A stretch of DNA of 64,000 bases from positions 1,632,001 through 1,696,000 of the forward strand of contig CP166615.1 of assembly GCA_041937175.2 (NCBI GenBank), in the 5' to 3' direction. Positions 27,993 to 38,975 of the stretch are shown piece by piece (within the stretch, counting starts at the first letter, position 1; every line of letters starts with the position of its first letter). Below the pieces are notes generated by a model. It was not told the DNA's origin. It did not search any database and saw only the letters and a list, made by a program, of their open reading frames with translations. The position numbers were made by a program, and so were the translations under genes. The DNA is from Limnothrix sp. BL-A-16. Lineage in GTDB: Bacteria; Cyanobacteriota; Cyanobacteriia; CACIAM-69d.

Positions 27993-30900
27993 CTAGGTTG
28001 CGGGATGGGAAGTCGAGGCCATGGGGCCCGTTTGGTGATGTGGAATTTCAATGACGAAGGTGGCTCCCTGACCGGGCGCAGATTCGCAAATCAAGCGGCC
28101 CCCATGGCGCTCTGTCACGATTTGATAGCTGATCGACATGCCCAGACCCGTACCCTTGCCCACGGGCTTGGTGGTAAAGAAGGGATCGAAGAGTCGTTGT
28201 TGAATGTCTGGGGCGATGCCTGGCCCATTGTCTGACAGTTGAACTTGCACCCAATGCGGGCCGATCGCCCGGGTCGTGATTGTGATTTGGCTGGGGTGGT
28301 TTTTGATGGCTTCGGTGTCGCGGAGGCGATCGCGCTCCTCAAGGGCATCGATCGCATTCACCAAAATATTCATAAACACCTGATTGAGCTGCCCCGCATA
28401 GCACTCCACCCTGGGCAAAACGCCGTATTGCTTCACCACCTCAATTCCCGGATGTTCCGGCTTGGGTTTCAGGCGATTTTGCAAAATCAGCAGGGTGCTA
28501 TCAATTCCCTCGTGCAAATCCACCTCCTTCACGTCCGCCTCATCCAACCGGGAGAAGTTCCGCAAGGAGGAGACAATTTCCCGAATTCGATCGGTGCCCA
28601 CCCGCATGGACTGCAACAGCTTGGGCAAATCTTCCGCCACAAATTCCAAATCCACTGCCTCAATCAGGTCGTTGAGATCAGGGTCTGGATTGGGAATGCG
28701 TTCTTGATAGGCTTGCACAATTTCCAGCAGGTCTTCCGCGTAGCGATGGGCATGGCTGAGGTTGCCGTGGATGAAGTTCACGGGGTTGTTGATTTCATGG
28801 GCCACGCCCGCCACCAATTGCCCCAGGCTGGACATTTTTTCGCTTTGGATCAGTTGATTTTGCGTATGTTGTAGATCCAGCAATGCCGCTTCGAGGTCGG
28901 CGGCCTTTTGTTGGAGGGCATCTTCGGCTTGGCGACGCTTGGTGATGTCGATCGAGGTGGCCACAATTCGATAAACACGCCCCTTCTTGTCAAACAGCGG
29001 ATTCAGGGTGGTCAGCAGCCACAAACGTCCCCGCTGGGTAGTGACGTATTCATCCTGAACAATGGTTTGGCGTTGGTCTACGCAGCTCCAATAATGAGCT
29101 TCCATGATGGTTCCGTATTCTTCGCCAAACACTTCGGTGGGGGTGTGGTGATAGACCCGGGATTCATGCAAGCCGGTCACGCGGGCGCTGGCCGCATTCC
29201 AACCGATATATTCCAACCGGTGATCGGGCAGGACGGCCAAAACGAAGATGGGATATTCCACCCCGTCAAAGATGGTGCGCAGGAAGGCTTCGCGATCGAA
29301 CAGTTCCAGTTCCGCCAACTTGCGATCGGTAATATCCGTGTGAACCCCCACCCACTCATAGACATTGGCCACATCATCCAGAATCGGCACGGCCCGCACA
29401 CTCATGTAGCGATATTGCCCGTCATAGCGCCGCAGCCGGTGCTCCAGGGTGAAGGGCTGTTTGCTGATGATGGAACGAGACCAGGCGGCCTCCGTGGTGG
29501 CGCGATCGTTGGGGTGAATGGCCTTCAGCCAACCCCAGCCCAACAAATCCTGGCGCGATTGGCCCGTAAAGGCCCGCCACTTGGGTTGATCAGCCGCAAA
29601 CTCTCCCAGGCGGCTGGTGACCCAAACAATTTGCGAGGTGGCTTCAATCAGGGTGCGGAACCGCACTTCGCTCCGGCGACGGATGGCCTCCGCCTGTTTG
29701 AGATCGCTGATATCCATCAAAATGCCGTAGACCCGCACGATTTGACCGTTGGTATCTCGCTCCGGCAGTCCCTTGACGCGGAAGTAGCGCGGTAACCCGT
29801 TGATGTGCTCCAGGCTCTCGAGTTCCAGATCGTAGGGTTGGCCGTCGCTGAGGCATTCTTCAAACGCCATCCGCAAGCGTTGCTGGGAGGAGGGGCTGTA
29901 GATGGCAATCGATTGATCAAACTCCGGCACGCCTCCCTCGATCGGGTAGTTAAACAGCCGAAAAATTTCCTCTGACCAACTGACTTGACCGGTTGCCACG
30001 TGATATTCCCAGGAACCCAAATGGGCCACCCGTTGGGCCTCTTGCAGGCTTTCGGTGAGGCGACGGAGCCGCTCTTGGGCTTCGTAATACTCCGTCACGT
30101 CATACATCACGACCATGGCCCCGATTTGGTAGCCATCGCTTTCTCGCAGGGGTTCTGCGTGGCAAACGATCCGGTGGGGGTCTTCGTTGGGCACATGAAC
30201 CACCATCTCGAAATCATGCACCGATTCCCCTAGGATTGCCCGGCTTAAGGGCATTTGGGATGGGGCGATCGGGGTGATGCCATCCGACTCCAGGACGGTG
30301 TAGAGGCTCATCCACTCTTCGGGCAAGAGTCCTTGCAGGTTGCAGTTGTACCACTGTCGGGCCGTGTGGTTGGCGAGGGTGATGCGCCCGGCCATGTCAC
30401 AGGCCATCACTCCGTCGGAAACGTTATCCAACACCAACTGCATGAGCGATCGCTCCTGTTGCAGGGCCACTTCCGCAGCCTTGCGATCAGTTACATCCAA
30501 AATCAACCCATCCCAGATCGATCGCCCGTCATTTAGAAACCGTCCTCGAGCGGCGGACTGGAGCCACTTCACTTCCCCTTGGGGGGTAATGATTCGATAC
30601 TCATACTGCCAATTGGTGCGGGCTGCAATGGCAACCTGAATCGATGCTTGGACGCTGAGCAAGTCATCGGGGTGGGTCAGCGTCCAGAGACTGAGGGGAT
30701 CGTTTTGGCCGCGGATGGGGTCAATGCCATAGACCTCCTGGCAACCGGGGCTGAGATACAGAAAACGCCCGACGGGATCATTGCCGGACGTTTCGTACTG
30801 ATAAATCACGCCGGGTATGCTGTCCGCCAGTCGCTGGAACCGATCGCGCATTTGCTCCAGGTTTTGCAGCGCCAATTGGCGATCGGTAATGTCCAGCAGC

Positions 30901-32474
30901 AAACCATCGGCATGTAGCGTACCTTCTTCACCCATCACCATCCGCGAAATACCTTGAATCCAGCGCAATTCACCCGAGGGCAACAGAATTCGATATTTAT
31001 GTCGCCATTCCAGTCCATGGTTCACGGCCCGCTCCATGGATTCCACAAAAGCAGTCACATCATCGGGATGCACACAACCCCACATCACCGCCGAATCCGC
31101 CAGGATCGCATCCGGCTCCACATGGAAGATCTCGCGCACCCGGGAACTGATATAGATAAATTCCCCGAGGGGGTCGCCGGCTCTGCGTCGGTACTGAAAG
31201 ACGATGCCCGGCAAATTATCGGCGATTTGTTGGAACCGGCTATTGGCCTGGCGCAGGGCCGTTTCGATCCGCCGCTGTTCGGTGATTTCAACCACGATCG
31301 TCCCGATCGCGCTGATGGTTCCTTCTCGATCCCAAATGGGGAAATAGGACAGGTTCCAAACCCGATCGGGGTCGGGGTGATGCAGTTGGGCCCCGGTCAC
31401 TTCTAGGTTCGAGATGGCTTGGCCCGTTTGCCACACTTCCTCATAAAGACGCTCCAACTGAGGGGCCAAGTTGGGCGCGGTGGTCTGCATCGTTTGTCCG
31501 AGGTGGTCTGCCACCGTGAGGCCGTTCAACTCGGACAAGCGATGATTGGCTTCCAGAATGCGATAGTGGCGATCGGTGATGGCAATTCCGATCGGGGCCG
31601 CCGCAATCAGGGACTTCAGCAACGCCTGTTGCCGCAACAGCTCCTGTTCAGACTGGTAGCGCTCCGTCACATCCTCGTAAATCACCATCAGATACTGCGG
31701 GCGATCGCCGTTCCAAATGGCAATGCGGCGGCTTTGTAACCAACGCTGCTCACCACCAATCCGCATGGGCATTGGCGGCTGATCCAAAATTTGTCGCTGG
31801 GCCAAGGCCGCCCGATCGTCCGATCGCAACTCCGCCGCCTGTTCCGGCGCAAACAGTTCATCCATGGGCTGGCCCAACAGATCCGCCGCCGCCACCCCAA
31901 ACAACCGTTCTGCGGCCGGGTTCAAGGTGCTGACTCGCAACTCCGCCGCCTCCTTCACCACCACCGGCATCGGCAAAGCATCCAACACCGCCGACAGGAA
32001 TCGTTGAGTGCGCCGCAGCTCCTCCTCCGCCTGTCGCTGCTGCGTCACATCAATCACCAAGCCATCCCAAAGCGTCCTCCCATCGGCCAACCGTTCCGGC
32101 CGGGACACCAAGCGCAACCAACGCTCTTTCCCCGAGGGCAACATGAACGGCCCTTCCCAGTGAAAATCCGACAGGCTTTGCCGCGATCGCTCCGTGGCCT
32201 GCTTCATCGCTTCCTGATCAGCCGGTGACAACATTCCAAACACCTGCGCCATGGCCGCCGGTTCCACCTCGAATAGCTCACGACAGCCGATCGAGGCGTA
32301 GGGAAACGTCATCTCACCCGCCGCGTCTACTTGGAATTGGTAGACCACGCCCGGTAAGTTTTGCGTTAGACGATCAAACTGAGTTTGCTGCTGATGAACC
32401 TTCAGGCGCAGGGTTTCCAGCTCTTGCTGAAGAGCATTGAACACTTCAGGTTCCAGAACAATCGAAGCAGTCAT
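27993..32474 (-). CDS. Cytoplasmic multi-PAS (about 9 PAS/PAC) sensor histidine kinase
   Basis: Repeated PAS/PAC units ending in DIT/DVT; H-box AGVAHEINNP, QVFMNILVNAIDA, DNGPGI, FDPFFTTK and GTGLG; no TM. Confidence 0.93.
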   Translation of the reverse strand: MTASIVLEPEVFNALQQELETLRLKVHQQQTQFDRLTQNLPGVVYQFQVDAAGEMTFPYASIGCRELFEVEPAAMAQVFGMLSPADQEAMKQATERSRQSLSDFHWEGPFMLPSGKERWLRLVSRPERLADGRTLWDGLVIDVTQQRQAEEELRRTQRFLSAVLDALPMPVVVKEAAELRVSTLNPAAERLFGVAAADLLGQPMDELFAPEQAAELRSDDRAALAQRQILDQPPMPMRIGGEQRWLQSRRIAIWNGDRPQYLMVIYEDVTERYQSEQELLRQQALLKSLIAAAPIGIAITDRHYRILEANHRLSELNGLTVADHLGQTMQTTAPNLAPQLERLYEEVWQTGQAISNLEVTGAQLHHPDPDRVWNLSYFPIWDREGTISAIGTIVVEITEQRRIETALRQANSRFQQIADNLPGIVFQYRRRAGDPLGEFIYISSRVREIFHVEPDAILADSAVMWGCVHPDDVTAFVESMERAVNHGLEWRHKYRILLPSGELRWIQGISRMVMGEEGTLHADGLLLDITDRQLALQNLEQMRDRFQRLADSIPGVIYQYETSGNDPVGRFLYLSPGCQEVYGIDPIRGQNDPLSLWTLTHPDDLLSVQASIQVAIAARTNWQYEYRIITPQGEVKWLQSAARGRFLNDGRSIWDGLILDVTDRKAAEVALQQERSLMQLVLDNVSDGVMACDMAGRITLANHTARQWYNCNLQGLLPEEWMSLYTVLESDGITPIAPSQMPLSRAILGESVHDFEMVVHVPNEDPHRIVCHAEPLRESDGYQIGAMVVMYDVTEYYEAQERLRRLTESLQEAQRVAHLGSWEYHVATGQVSWSEEIFRLFNYPIEGGVPEFDQSIAIYSPSSQQRLRMAFEECLSDGQPYDLELESLEHINGLPRYFRVKGLPERDTNGQIVRVYGILMDISDLKQAEAIRRRSEVRFRTLIEATSQIVWVTSRLGEFAADQPKWRAFTGQSRQDLLGWGWLKAIHPNDRATTEAAWSRSIISKQPFTLEHRLRRYDGQYRYMSVRAVPILDDVANVYEWVGVHTDITDRKLAELELFDREAFLRTIFDGVEYPIFVLAVLPDHRLEYIGWNAASARVTGLHESRVYHHTPTEVFGEEYGTIMEAHYWSCVDQRQTIVQDEYVTTQRGRLWLLTTLNPLFDKKGRVYRIVATSIDITKRRQAEDALQQKAADLEAALLDLQHTQNQLIQSEKMSSLGQLVAGVAHEINNPVNFIHGNLSHAHRYAEDLLEIVQAYQERIPNPDPDLNDLIEAVDLEFVAEDLPKLLQSMRVGTDRIREIVSSLRNFSRLDEADVKEVDLHEGIDSTLLILQNRLKPKPEHPGIEVVKQYGVLPRVECYAGQLNQVFMNILVNAIDALEERDRLRDTEAIKNHPSQITITTRAIGPHWVQVQLSDNGPGIAPDIQQRLFDPFFTTKPVGKGTGLGMSISYQIVTERHGGRLICESAPGQGATFVIEIPHHQTGPMASTSHPAT

Positions 32475-33583
32475 GGCAGGCGCAGGATGGGGAGAAGGAG
32501 CAACTAGGAAGCAATTAGAGATGAACTAGAGCCAATTGGTCAGCCTTGGTGAGTAAATCTGAAGGGCAACTAGAGCCAATTGGTCAACCTCAATTGATTC
32601 AAATTAATCACTTTAAAATGGTGAAATATGAGCGAAACATGATGAAAATTCAGCAAAAACACAATATTTTACGGCCCTGCTTTATGTCATGGCTCGTACC
32701 TCAGTTGCAAAAAGAAATTCATGAGTTTGCTGGTGGAAATTGGCAGAAACTGACAGTAATTAATCACCGTTGATTCATGACTCAATCACAATCATCTGTA
32801 AAAGCATCCACGATTACCATGCACGATCGATCTTTACGATTAATGATTACCATTCATCATGGTCACTAGCGATAGTCACTGATTATTGCATCCATAGCAA
32901 TTGATCATTTCCCCCGAAACTAATCAACCATAGGAGTACAAAATCTGTGAATGCTGATTAATGATCTAGAAATGGTCGATCGGGGCAGGATTTCGGAATT
33001 GCAGATGAAATGCAACCTCAACTTGTGAAATTGCGCCCCAAGATTGCTCCAAAAGATCACCAATCTCCCAAACCCATGCCCAAAGTCAAGGCAGAACGTA
33101 GACGTTAGCAACTGAGCTGGCAAAAACGAAGAACCCAGCAGGGCTGACTCAAGGCGCTGCTGCCCAAAGGTTGGCTAGCATTTGTTTCGTTTTTGTGAAT
33201 GAATTTTCGAGAACCCGGATGATTTGACCCGATCGACCTGAGTTCAGCCTATTGACGCAAATCCGGGAGTGATGCATTTGCTGATAGTCTAAGTCTATTC
33301 ATCCAAGATCCCCAAGCATGAGGATGCCAAAGTTTTTTGAGGCTTGGAGATTGCAACTCAAAAATGTGCATCGGGATCGTGCCTCGGAAATGCGCAATCG
33401 AATCTTCAAATTGCAGTATTGGGTAGAGCAGTGACGGGTTTAGCTGCGATCGAGAGAGCATTAAGGCGGTGGTCATCCCTCGGACTCTCAACAAGACTGA
33501 AGAAGCACCCAAAACCGGATGATTACCCATGCATCACCCGTGAATCATTATCACTCTTTGCAGCAGAAGGGAGCGTAAGTAGA

Positions 33584-34015
33584 ATGGCTCAGCGGGCGAT
33601 CGCCCAATGGTGGCCTTTGGCTCAGTTGCCGGGGCTAAGTGCGAAGGATTTGTTGCAACTTCAGGAATTGGGATTGGTCGATACCCGATCGCTCCTGCGA
33701 TCGGCCGCGAGTCGCGATCAACAACGGGAGATCGCCGCCCAATTGCAGCTCCACGAGCACCATGTGCGTAAATGGGTTGCCTTGGCGGATTTGGCCCGGG
33801 TTCCCAGTGTTGGCCTAGATTACTGTGGTTTGCTGTTGCATTCAGGCATCATTAGCACCGTTCAACTGGCCCAGCAACCAACCCACAAACTCCATCAGCA
33901 GGTGTTGCGGTTGCATGTGCGAGAGTTGCAGCGGCGCAATCTTTGTCCCGGCCCGGGTGAGGTGACGCGCTGGATTTTGCAGGCCCGAGAGTTGGTGGGG
34001 CGATCGTCGTCCTGA
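33584..34015 (+). CDS. DUF4332 (helix-hairpin-helix) domain protein
   Basis: QLPGLS, KWVALADLARVPSVGLDYCGLLLHSGI and WILQA motifs; ATG at 33584. Confidence 0.8.
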   Translation: MAQRAIAQWWPLAQLPGLSAKDLLQLQELGLVDTRSLLRSAASRDQQREIAAQLQLHEHHVRKWVALADLARVPSVGLDYCGLLLHSGIISTVQLAQQPTHKLHQQVLRLHVRELQRRNLCPGPGEVTRWILQARELVGRSSS

Positions 34016-34086
34016 TCGCCTCCCCCGATTGCTTGAGTCCCCAGTGGATTCCCAGTTAATTCCAGAGCGAATTCCAGCGGCGATGG

Positions 34087-35391
34087 CTAAATCACGCGCA
34101 GGACGCTAGCTACCGATCGAATGGCATCACTGGCGTGGATGTCGGCCAGGGCGGCGCGGAAGTCCCCTTCTCGCACCGCATGGGTGACCACCACCACTTG
34201 GGCTTCATCGCCGTTCACCTCCGTTTGCACCAGCGATTCCAAGCTGACCAGACGGTTCCCAAAGCAACTGCCGATATGGCCGATCGTGCCGGGGCGATCG
34301 CTCGTCAGGAAGCGAACATAGAACCGGGTTTCCAGGTCATCCAGCGAGGCGATGGGGCAAAAATCGCTGTGGCTACAAGCCAGCATGGGATTAATGACCG
34401 GTGTAGCCCGATCGCCCATGGCTTGCATGGCCGCCGCCACATTCAACACGTCGGAAACCACGGCGCTGGCGGTGGGGCCAGACCCGGCCCCGGGGCCAAA
34501 GAACATCACCTGCCCGATCGGCTGGCCTTCCACAAAAATTGCGTTGAATGCGCCATCCACGCGGGCTAGGGGGTGGCTGTGGGGCACAAGGGTGGGATGC
34601 ACCCGCAGAGATACGGCAGGCCCCTGGCGACGGGCGATCGCCAGCAATTTGATCGCAAAGCCCAACTTATCTGCGTAGGTGATATCCGTGGCGGTGATGT
34701 TGCGAATGCCTTCCGTATGCACCGCGTCCCGCTTGATGCGGCCTCCAAAGGCCAAAGATGCCAGGATTGCGATTTTGTCGGCTGCGTCCAGGCCATCCAC
34801 GTCGGCGGTGGGGTCGGCTTCCGCATAGCCCAACCGCTGGGCATCGGCGAGCACATCGCCAAAGTCGGCTCCTTCGGCGGTCATCCGCGACAGGATGTAG
34901 TTGGTGGTGCCGTTGATGATGCCGGTGATGCCATTGAGGCGATCGCCCCCCAGGGATTGCTTCAGGGGTTGAATAATCGGGATGCCGCCGCCCACGGCCG
35001 CTTCCAGCATCAAATAAACCCCCGCTTGCTTGGCCGCATCAAATAGCTCTGGGCCAAAGCGGGCGATCGCGGCTTTGTTGGCGGTCACCACATGTTTTCC
35101 GTGGCGAATGGCTTCCAACATCAGCGATCGCGCCGGTTCTAGTCCGCCAATCACCTCCACCACAATATCCACATTGGGATCGGTGACGATCGATTGCAAA
35201 TCGGTTGTGAGCTGTTCGCGGGGAATTTCCACCGGCCGGGGCTTATCAAGCGATCGGGCCCCCACCCGATAGAGTTCCAACGATTGCAGGAGCGGGCTGC
35301 GGCCGGTCGCGTCCAGCAAAATCTGCGCCACACCCGCTCCAACGGTTCCGAGACCCAACAGACCGACTTTGAAACCCACGACTTTTCCCAA
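34087..35391 (-). CDS. hom: Homoserine dehydrogenase with C-terminal ACT domain
   Basis: GLGTVG, HVVTANK, EAAVGGGIP, GIINGTTNYIL, GYAEADPTADVDG and GPGAG motifs. Confidence 0.95.
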   Translation of the reverse strand: MGKVVGFKVGLLGLGTVGAGVAQILLDATGRSPLLQSLELYRVGARSLDKPRPVEIPREQLTTDLQSIVTDPNVDIVVEVIGGLEPARSLMLEAIRHGKHVVTANKAAIARFGPELFDAAKQAGVYLMLEAAVGGGIPIIQPLKQSLGGDRLNGITGIINGTTNYILSRMTAEGADFGDVLADAQRLGYAEADPTADVDGLDAADKIAILASLAFGGRIKRDAVHTEGIRNITATDITYADKLGFAIKLLAIARRQGPAVSLRVHPTLVPHSHPLARVDGAFNAIFVEGQPIGQVMFFGPGAGSGPTASAVVSDVLNVAAAMQAMGDRATPVINPMLACSHSDFCPIASLDDLETRFYVRFLTSDRPGTIGHIGSCFGNRLVSLESLVQTEVNGDEAQVVVVTHAVREGDFRAALADIHASDAIRSVASVLRVI

Positions 35392-35695
35392 CTTTCTCTA
35401 AACAATTCGTCCTGGGCCAGGGTGGCCACCCACGGGAGCCACTGACGGAGGAAACGCCCGATCGCAATTGGGATCGCTTGCTCAACGAGCCTGCTCAGCA
35501 AACCACCCAAACCAGTTTTCGGAGTTTCGCGATCGATCAAAGTCCCAATCGTCAAATTCCTGACCATGGATATTCTGACATTGGGCGGCCCGCTCAAACG
35601 GGCCGGTTCCCCGGGTTCACCCATCACCAAACGATCGCCAGGCAATCACCAGACAACGGCTGGGCGATCGCTAGACAACGGCTGGGCGATCGTCC

Positions 35696-35947
35696 CTAGG
35701 ATTCCGAATCCATTTGCTCTAGGTCGATTTGATTCAGGTCGATCGGTTGCAGTTGCGATTCAAAGGGCTTGGTGAATCGGGCGGCCGCAATTTCGTTTAG
35801 CTTGTCCAGCGGCGTATCCCAAATAAATTGGGTTGCAGCCTTGGCAAATTCCTGATTTGGGCATTGGTCACCCAAAGCACAACCATTGACACAGGCGGTT
35901 TTACAGTCGATCGACTGGGGATCCAGGGAATTCGTGATTTGGCTCAT
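35696..35947 (-). CDS. Small Cys-motif hypothetical protein
   Basis: IDCKTACVNGCALGDQCPN (Cx3Cx3Cx5C); ATG at 35947. Confidence 0.7.
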   Translation of the reverse strand: MSQITNSLDPQSIDCKTACVNGCALGDQCPNQEFAKAATQFIWDTPLDKLNEIAAARFTKPFESQLQPIDLNQIDLEQMDSES

Positions 35948-36030
35948 GGTGATGATTCCGGCTCTTCTCTGGCCCCTTAACATAGCTGATTTTCCCGTTC
36001 AAGCCATCGTAGGTAAGGTGACCTTGCGGG

Positions 36031-36124
36031 TCTCATCAACCGACACAGACAAGGGGCTTAAGCCCCTTGCCCCCACGACTGCTAATGATTGCCCTCTACC
36101 ACAAGACACGCTTCAGATATCCTC
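36031..36124. mobile_element. Truncated MITE family B copy
   Basis: Colinear with the right part of 8200-8330 (CTCATC...GACAAG-palindrome-CCCCCACGACT...GACAC...TTCAGATATCCTC); left TIR not recognisable; perfect palindrome at 36050-36069. Confidence 0.75.
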
Positions 36125-36201
36125 TCAAAATCAGGGTTTCAAGGATTTTTGGTCGATCGCAAGTCGATCGCAGGTCGATCGCAGGGATCTAAAAACTCGC
36201 C

Positions 36202-36825
36202 TTAGCTGTGAACCCGTGCTTGGGGATGCAGCGTCGCCAAAACATTGCTTTCGATCGCCGCTAACTCCGCCAGCCGTTCCATCACCACCGGGCGATCGTA
36301 GTAGGTATCCGCCAAAACCCAATAAATCCCGTAATGTCGCGCTTCGGAAGCCATTAGGCTGCGATAGAAGGCCGCCAACTTCGGGTTAGGGCAATGTTGC
36401 GCCAACAGGCCTAGTCGTTCATGGCTACGGGCTTCGATTAGCCCCGCCACCAGCAGGGAATCCAGCAGGCGACCGGGTTCTTGGCGGCGAATTTGCGATC
36501 GCAGGGTGGCCCCATAGGGCGGAGCTGCCAAGGCCCGAGGGGCAATTTCCAGGCGATCGAGCCATTGGTTCACCTGTTCAAAATGCTCCAGCTCTTCCTG
36601 GGCGATCGCGGTGAGCTTGCGCACCAGCAGCGTTTTTGTGGGGTATTGGCCCATCAGTTGCAAGGCCACCCCGGCCGCCTTTCGCTCGCAGTTGGCATGA
36701 TCAATCAGCACCTCATCCAAATGGGCGATCGCCTGGTTCACCCAAGCTTGGGAGGTGGGCTGCTGCAAAAAACGCACCGAGGGCAACTCAGAAACGGCCG
36801 GCTGCGGCAGGGAAGGGGAAGACAT
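36202..36825 (-). CDS. miaE: tRNA-(ms2io6A) hydroxylase
   Basis: Di-iron motifs DHANCERKAA, EELEHF, LIEARSHER and SEARHY. Confidence 0.92.
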   Translation of the reverse strand: MSSPSLPQPAVSELPSVRFLQQPTSQAWVNQAIAHLDEVLIDHANCERKAAGVALQLMGQYPTKTLLVRKLTAIAQEELEHFEQVNQWLDRLEIAPRALAAPPYGATLRSQIRRQEPGRLLDSLLVAGLIEARSHERLGLLAQHCPNPKLAAFYRSLMASEARHYGIYWVLADTYYDRPVVMERLAELAAIESNVLATLHPQARVHS

Positions 36826-37143
36826 GGCGATCGGGAGGAAATTGCAAAGAACTTGAATTGTCGATGAAGTAATCGATCGGGCAAGTTCACCAACCTGGCG
36901 ATCGATCGGGCGATCGATTGGGCGATCGACTCAATGCGAACAAATCCAGTGAACCAGGCCATTGAACAACTGGGCAACCCAAGAGACCAAAACACCTCAA
37001 ACCGGCCGCGGGCGATCGGGACTGCCTCGAAACCATCCCGGAATTCGCGAAATACAATGGCAAACGTTTCCTAGCCGATCGGGCCAGTTCGCCGCCCCGT
37101 CCGCAACCTACGCCGCCGCCCCTCACTCTCCCCACCCCCGTCT

Positions 37144-38889
37144 ATGGCCGTCGCTCGCAAAGCCAAAGCCCGCCCCACGAAAGCCAAAAAACGCAACACC
37201 AAAACCAAGAAAAAACGCAATCAGAAACGCAAAAATGCCAAGGTCAAAGTTGATCCCAAGGAGCTGAAAAAGCGCCAGCGGGAACAAGCCAAAGCTCGCC
37301 AAGCCTTTATTCAATCCCTCACACCGTCCCTCATTGTGGGTGTGATTTTAGGGGCAATCGCCGCCGTTACTGTTGATCCCAAAATGGGCGTAGTGGCCGG
37401 TGCGGCCATTCCGGTTTTGTCCCTGTCCTTGAAATATCCGCGTCAGGCCTTTTGGGGCTTTTTAATGTATTTGCCCCTCAGCGGCACGGTTACCTACGCC
37501 TTGGGTGGCAGCGTGGTGTTGCAATTGGCCAAAGACGGGATTTATTTACCTGCTTTGATTGGCATTTGGCGATCGTGTCGGCAAATGAGGATCCCGTTTT
37601 GGGCCTCGAAAGCCCTGAAACCCACGCTTCTGATTTTGTTGACTTGCTCCGTAATTACGCTGCTGTCCGTGAATGGAATGCAGCAGCTTAAAAAGCCCTT
37701 CCCCGACGACAAATCGCCCCTTGCTTTGGGGATTTTGGGCTTCAAGGTTTTCATGGGCTATATTCCCATTATCTTCTGTACCTATCACCTAATTCGCAGC
37801 AAAAAAGAACTGCTCTTTGCCACGCGAATCACATCGGTTTTGGCCATTATTTGTTGTGCATTAGCCTATGTGCAATATTACTTTCTACTGACGGGGCGCT
37901 GTGCGGGCACTGACCACTTGGAAGGATCGGGATTGTTTAAGGCCTCGATCGATGCTCGTTGTTTTGTGGGTGGCTCCTTGGTGTGGAGTCCATCGCAAAA
38001 CATGGTGCGATTACCGGGAACCTTTGTGGCCCCTTGGCAGTGGGCTTGGTTCCTAATTTCCAATGCCTTTTTTACCTATACGACGGCTTTTAATGACCCA
38101 TCTCCCCTGTGGCGGCTGATTGGCTTGGGAGCCATGGGTGGCATCTTCATGAATGCGGTGATTTCAGGCCAGCGAATTGCCTTGGCGCTCGTGCCAGTGG
38201 TGACGGTGATTCTGTTGGTTTTAACGGGACAAGTCACCAACTTAAAACGCTTTTTGCCGATCGCCCTCGGTTTGGTGTTGCTGTTGGGTGGCGCTGCGGT
38301 TTTATTCCCTGATGTGTTGCAAGAGCGGATCGATAGTTTCACCAGTCGTTGGGCTGCTTCTCCGGCCGATGAATTCATTGGGGAACAGTTTGGATTTGTG
38401 CTTAAAAAAGCCCAAAACAATCCGTTTGGAGCGGGCTTAGGCCGAGCCACCAACTCAGCGCGGGTTTTTGGTCGCACAACCTTGATTGAAACCTGGTTTC
38501 CCAAGGTGATGTGGGAGGTGGGTTTTCCGGGCATTGCGGCGTTTTTGGCCTTCGTAACGGTGATTACCGTAACCACGTTTAAGGCCTATCGATCGGTCAA
38601 GGAAAAAAATCTGCGCGGCATCGGAGCCAGCTATTGGGTGTTTGTGCTGTTCATCAGTTATCAAACCTATTACTACCCGTTGGATGTGGATCCAGTGGCG
38701 GTTTATTACTGGTATGCAGTCGGGGTGCTGTTGCGATTGCCCGAGATCGATCGCGCCGATCGCAAGCAACGACTCCTAAACTCTGAGGACGATTCAGAAG
38801 ACTTAGAGGCAGATTTAACCGATGATTTAGAGGAATCAGCCAATAATGGAACCAGCCGCCGGGGAACCGCCAAGGCCGCTCCCGGTTAG
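37144..38889 (+). CDS. hpsL: Hormogonium polysaccharide protein HpsL-like (O-antigen ligase/polymerase-like membrane protein)
   Basis: Lys-rich N-terminus, many TMs; RLPGTFVAPWQWAWFLIS, ISGQR, GLGRATNSAR, LIETW and YYYPLDVDPVAVYYW motifs. Confidence 0.75.
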   Translation: MAVARKAKARPTKAKKRNTKTKKKRNQKRKNAKVKVDPKELKKRQREQAKARQAFIQSLTPSLIVGVILGAIAAVTVDPKMGVVAGAAIPVLSLSLKYPRQAFWGFLMYLPLSGTVTYALGGSVVLQLAKDGIYLPALIGIWRSCRQMRIPFWASKALKPTLLILLTCSVITLLSVNGMQQLKKPFPDDKSPLALGILGFKVFMGYIPIIFCTYHLIRSKKELLFATRITSVLAIICCALAYVQYYFLLTGRCAGTDHLEGSGLFKASIDARCFVGGSLVWSPSQNMVRLPGTFVAPWQWAWFLISNAFFTYTTAFNDPSPLWRLIGLGAMGGIFMNAVISGQRIALALVPVVTVILLVLTGQVTNLKRFLPIALGLVLLLGGAAVLFPDVLQERIDSFTSRWAASPADEFIGEQFGFVLKKAQNNPFGAGLGRATNSARVFGRTTLIETWFPKVMWEVGFPGIAAFLAFVTVITVTTFKAYRSVKEKNLRGIGASYWVFVLFISYQTYYYPLDVDPVAVYYWYAVGVLLRLPEIDRADRKQRLLNSEDDSEDLEADLTDDLEESANNGTSRRGTAKAAPG

Positions 38890-38975
38890 TATCTGGTTTT
38901 AGCATCTCGCTATTTTTGTGCCAGTCTTGTGGGATTGAATCAACGAATCGTCAGGAGCGTCAGGGAGCTTTGTGG

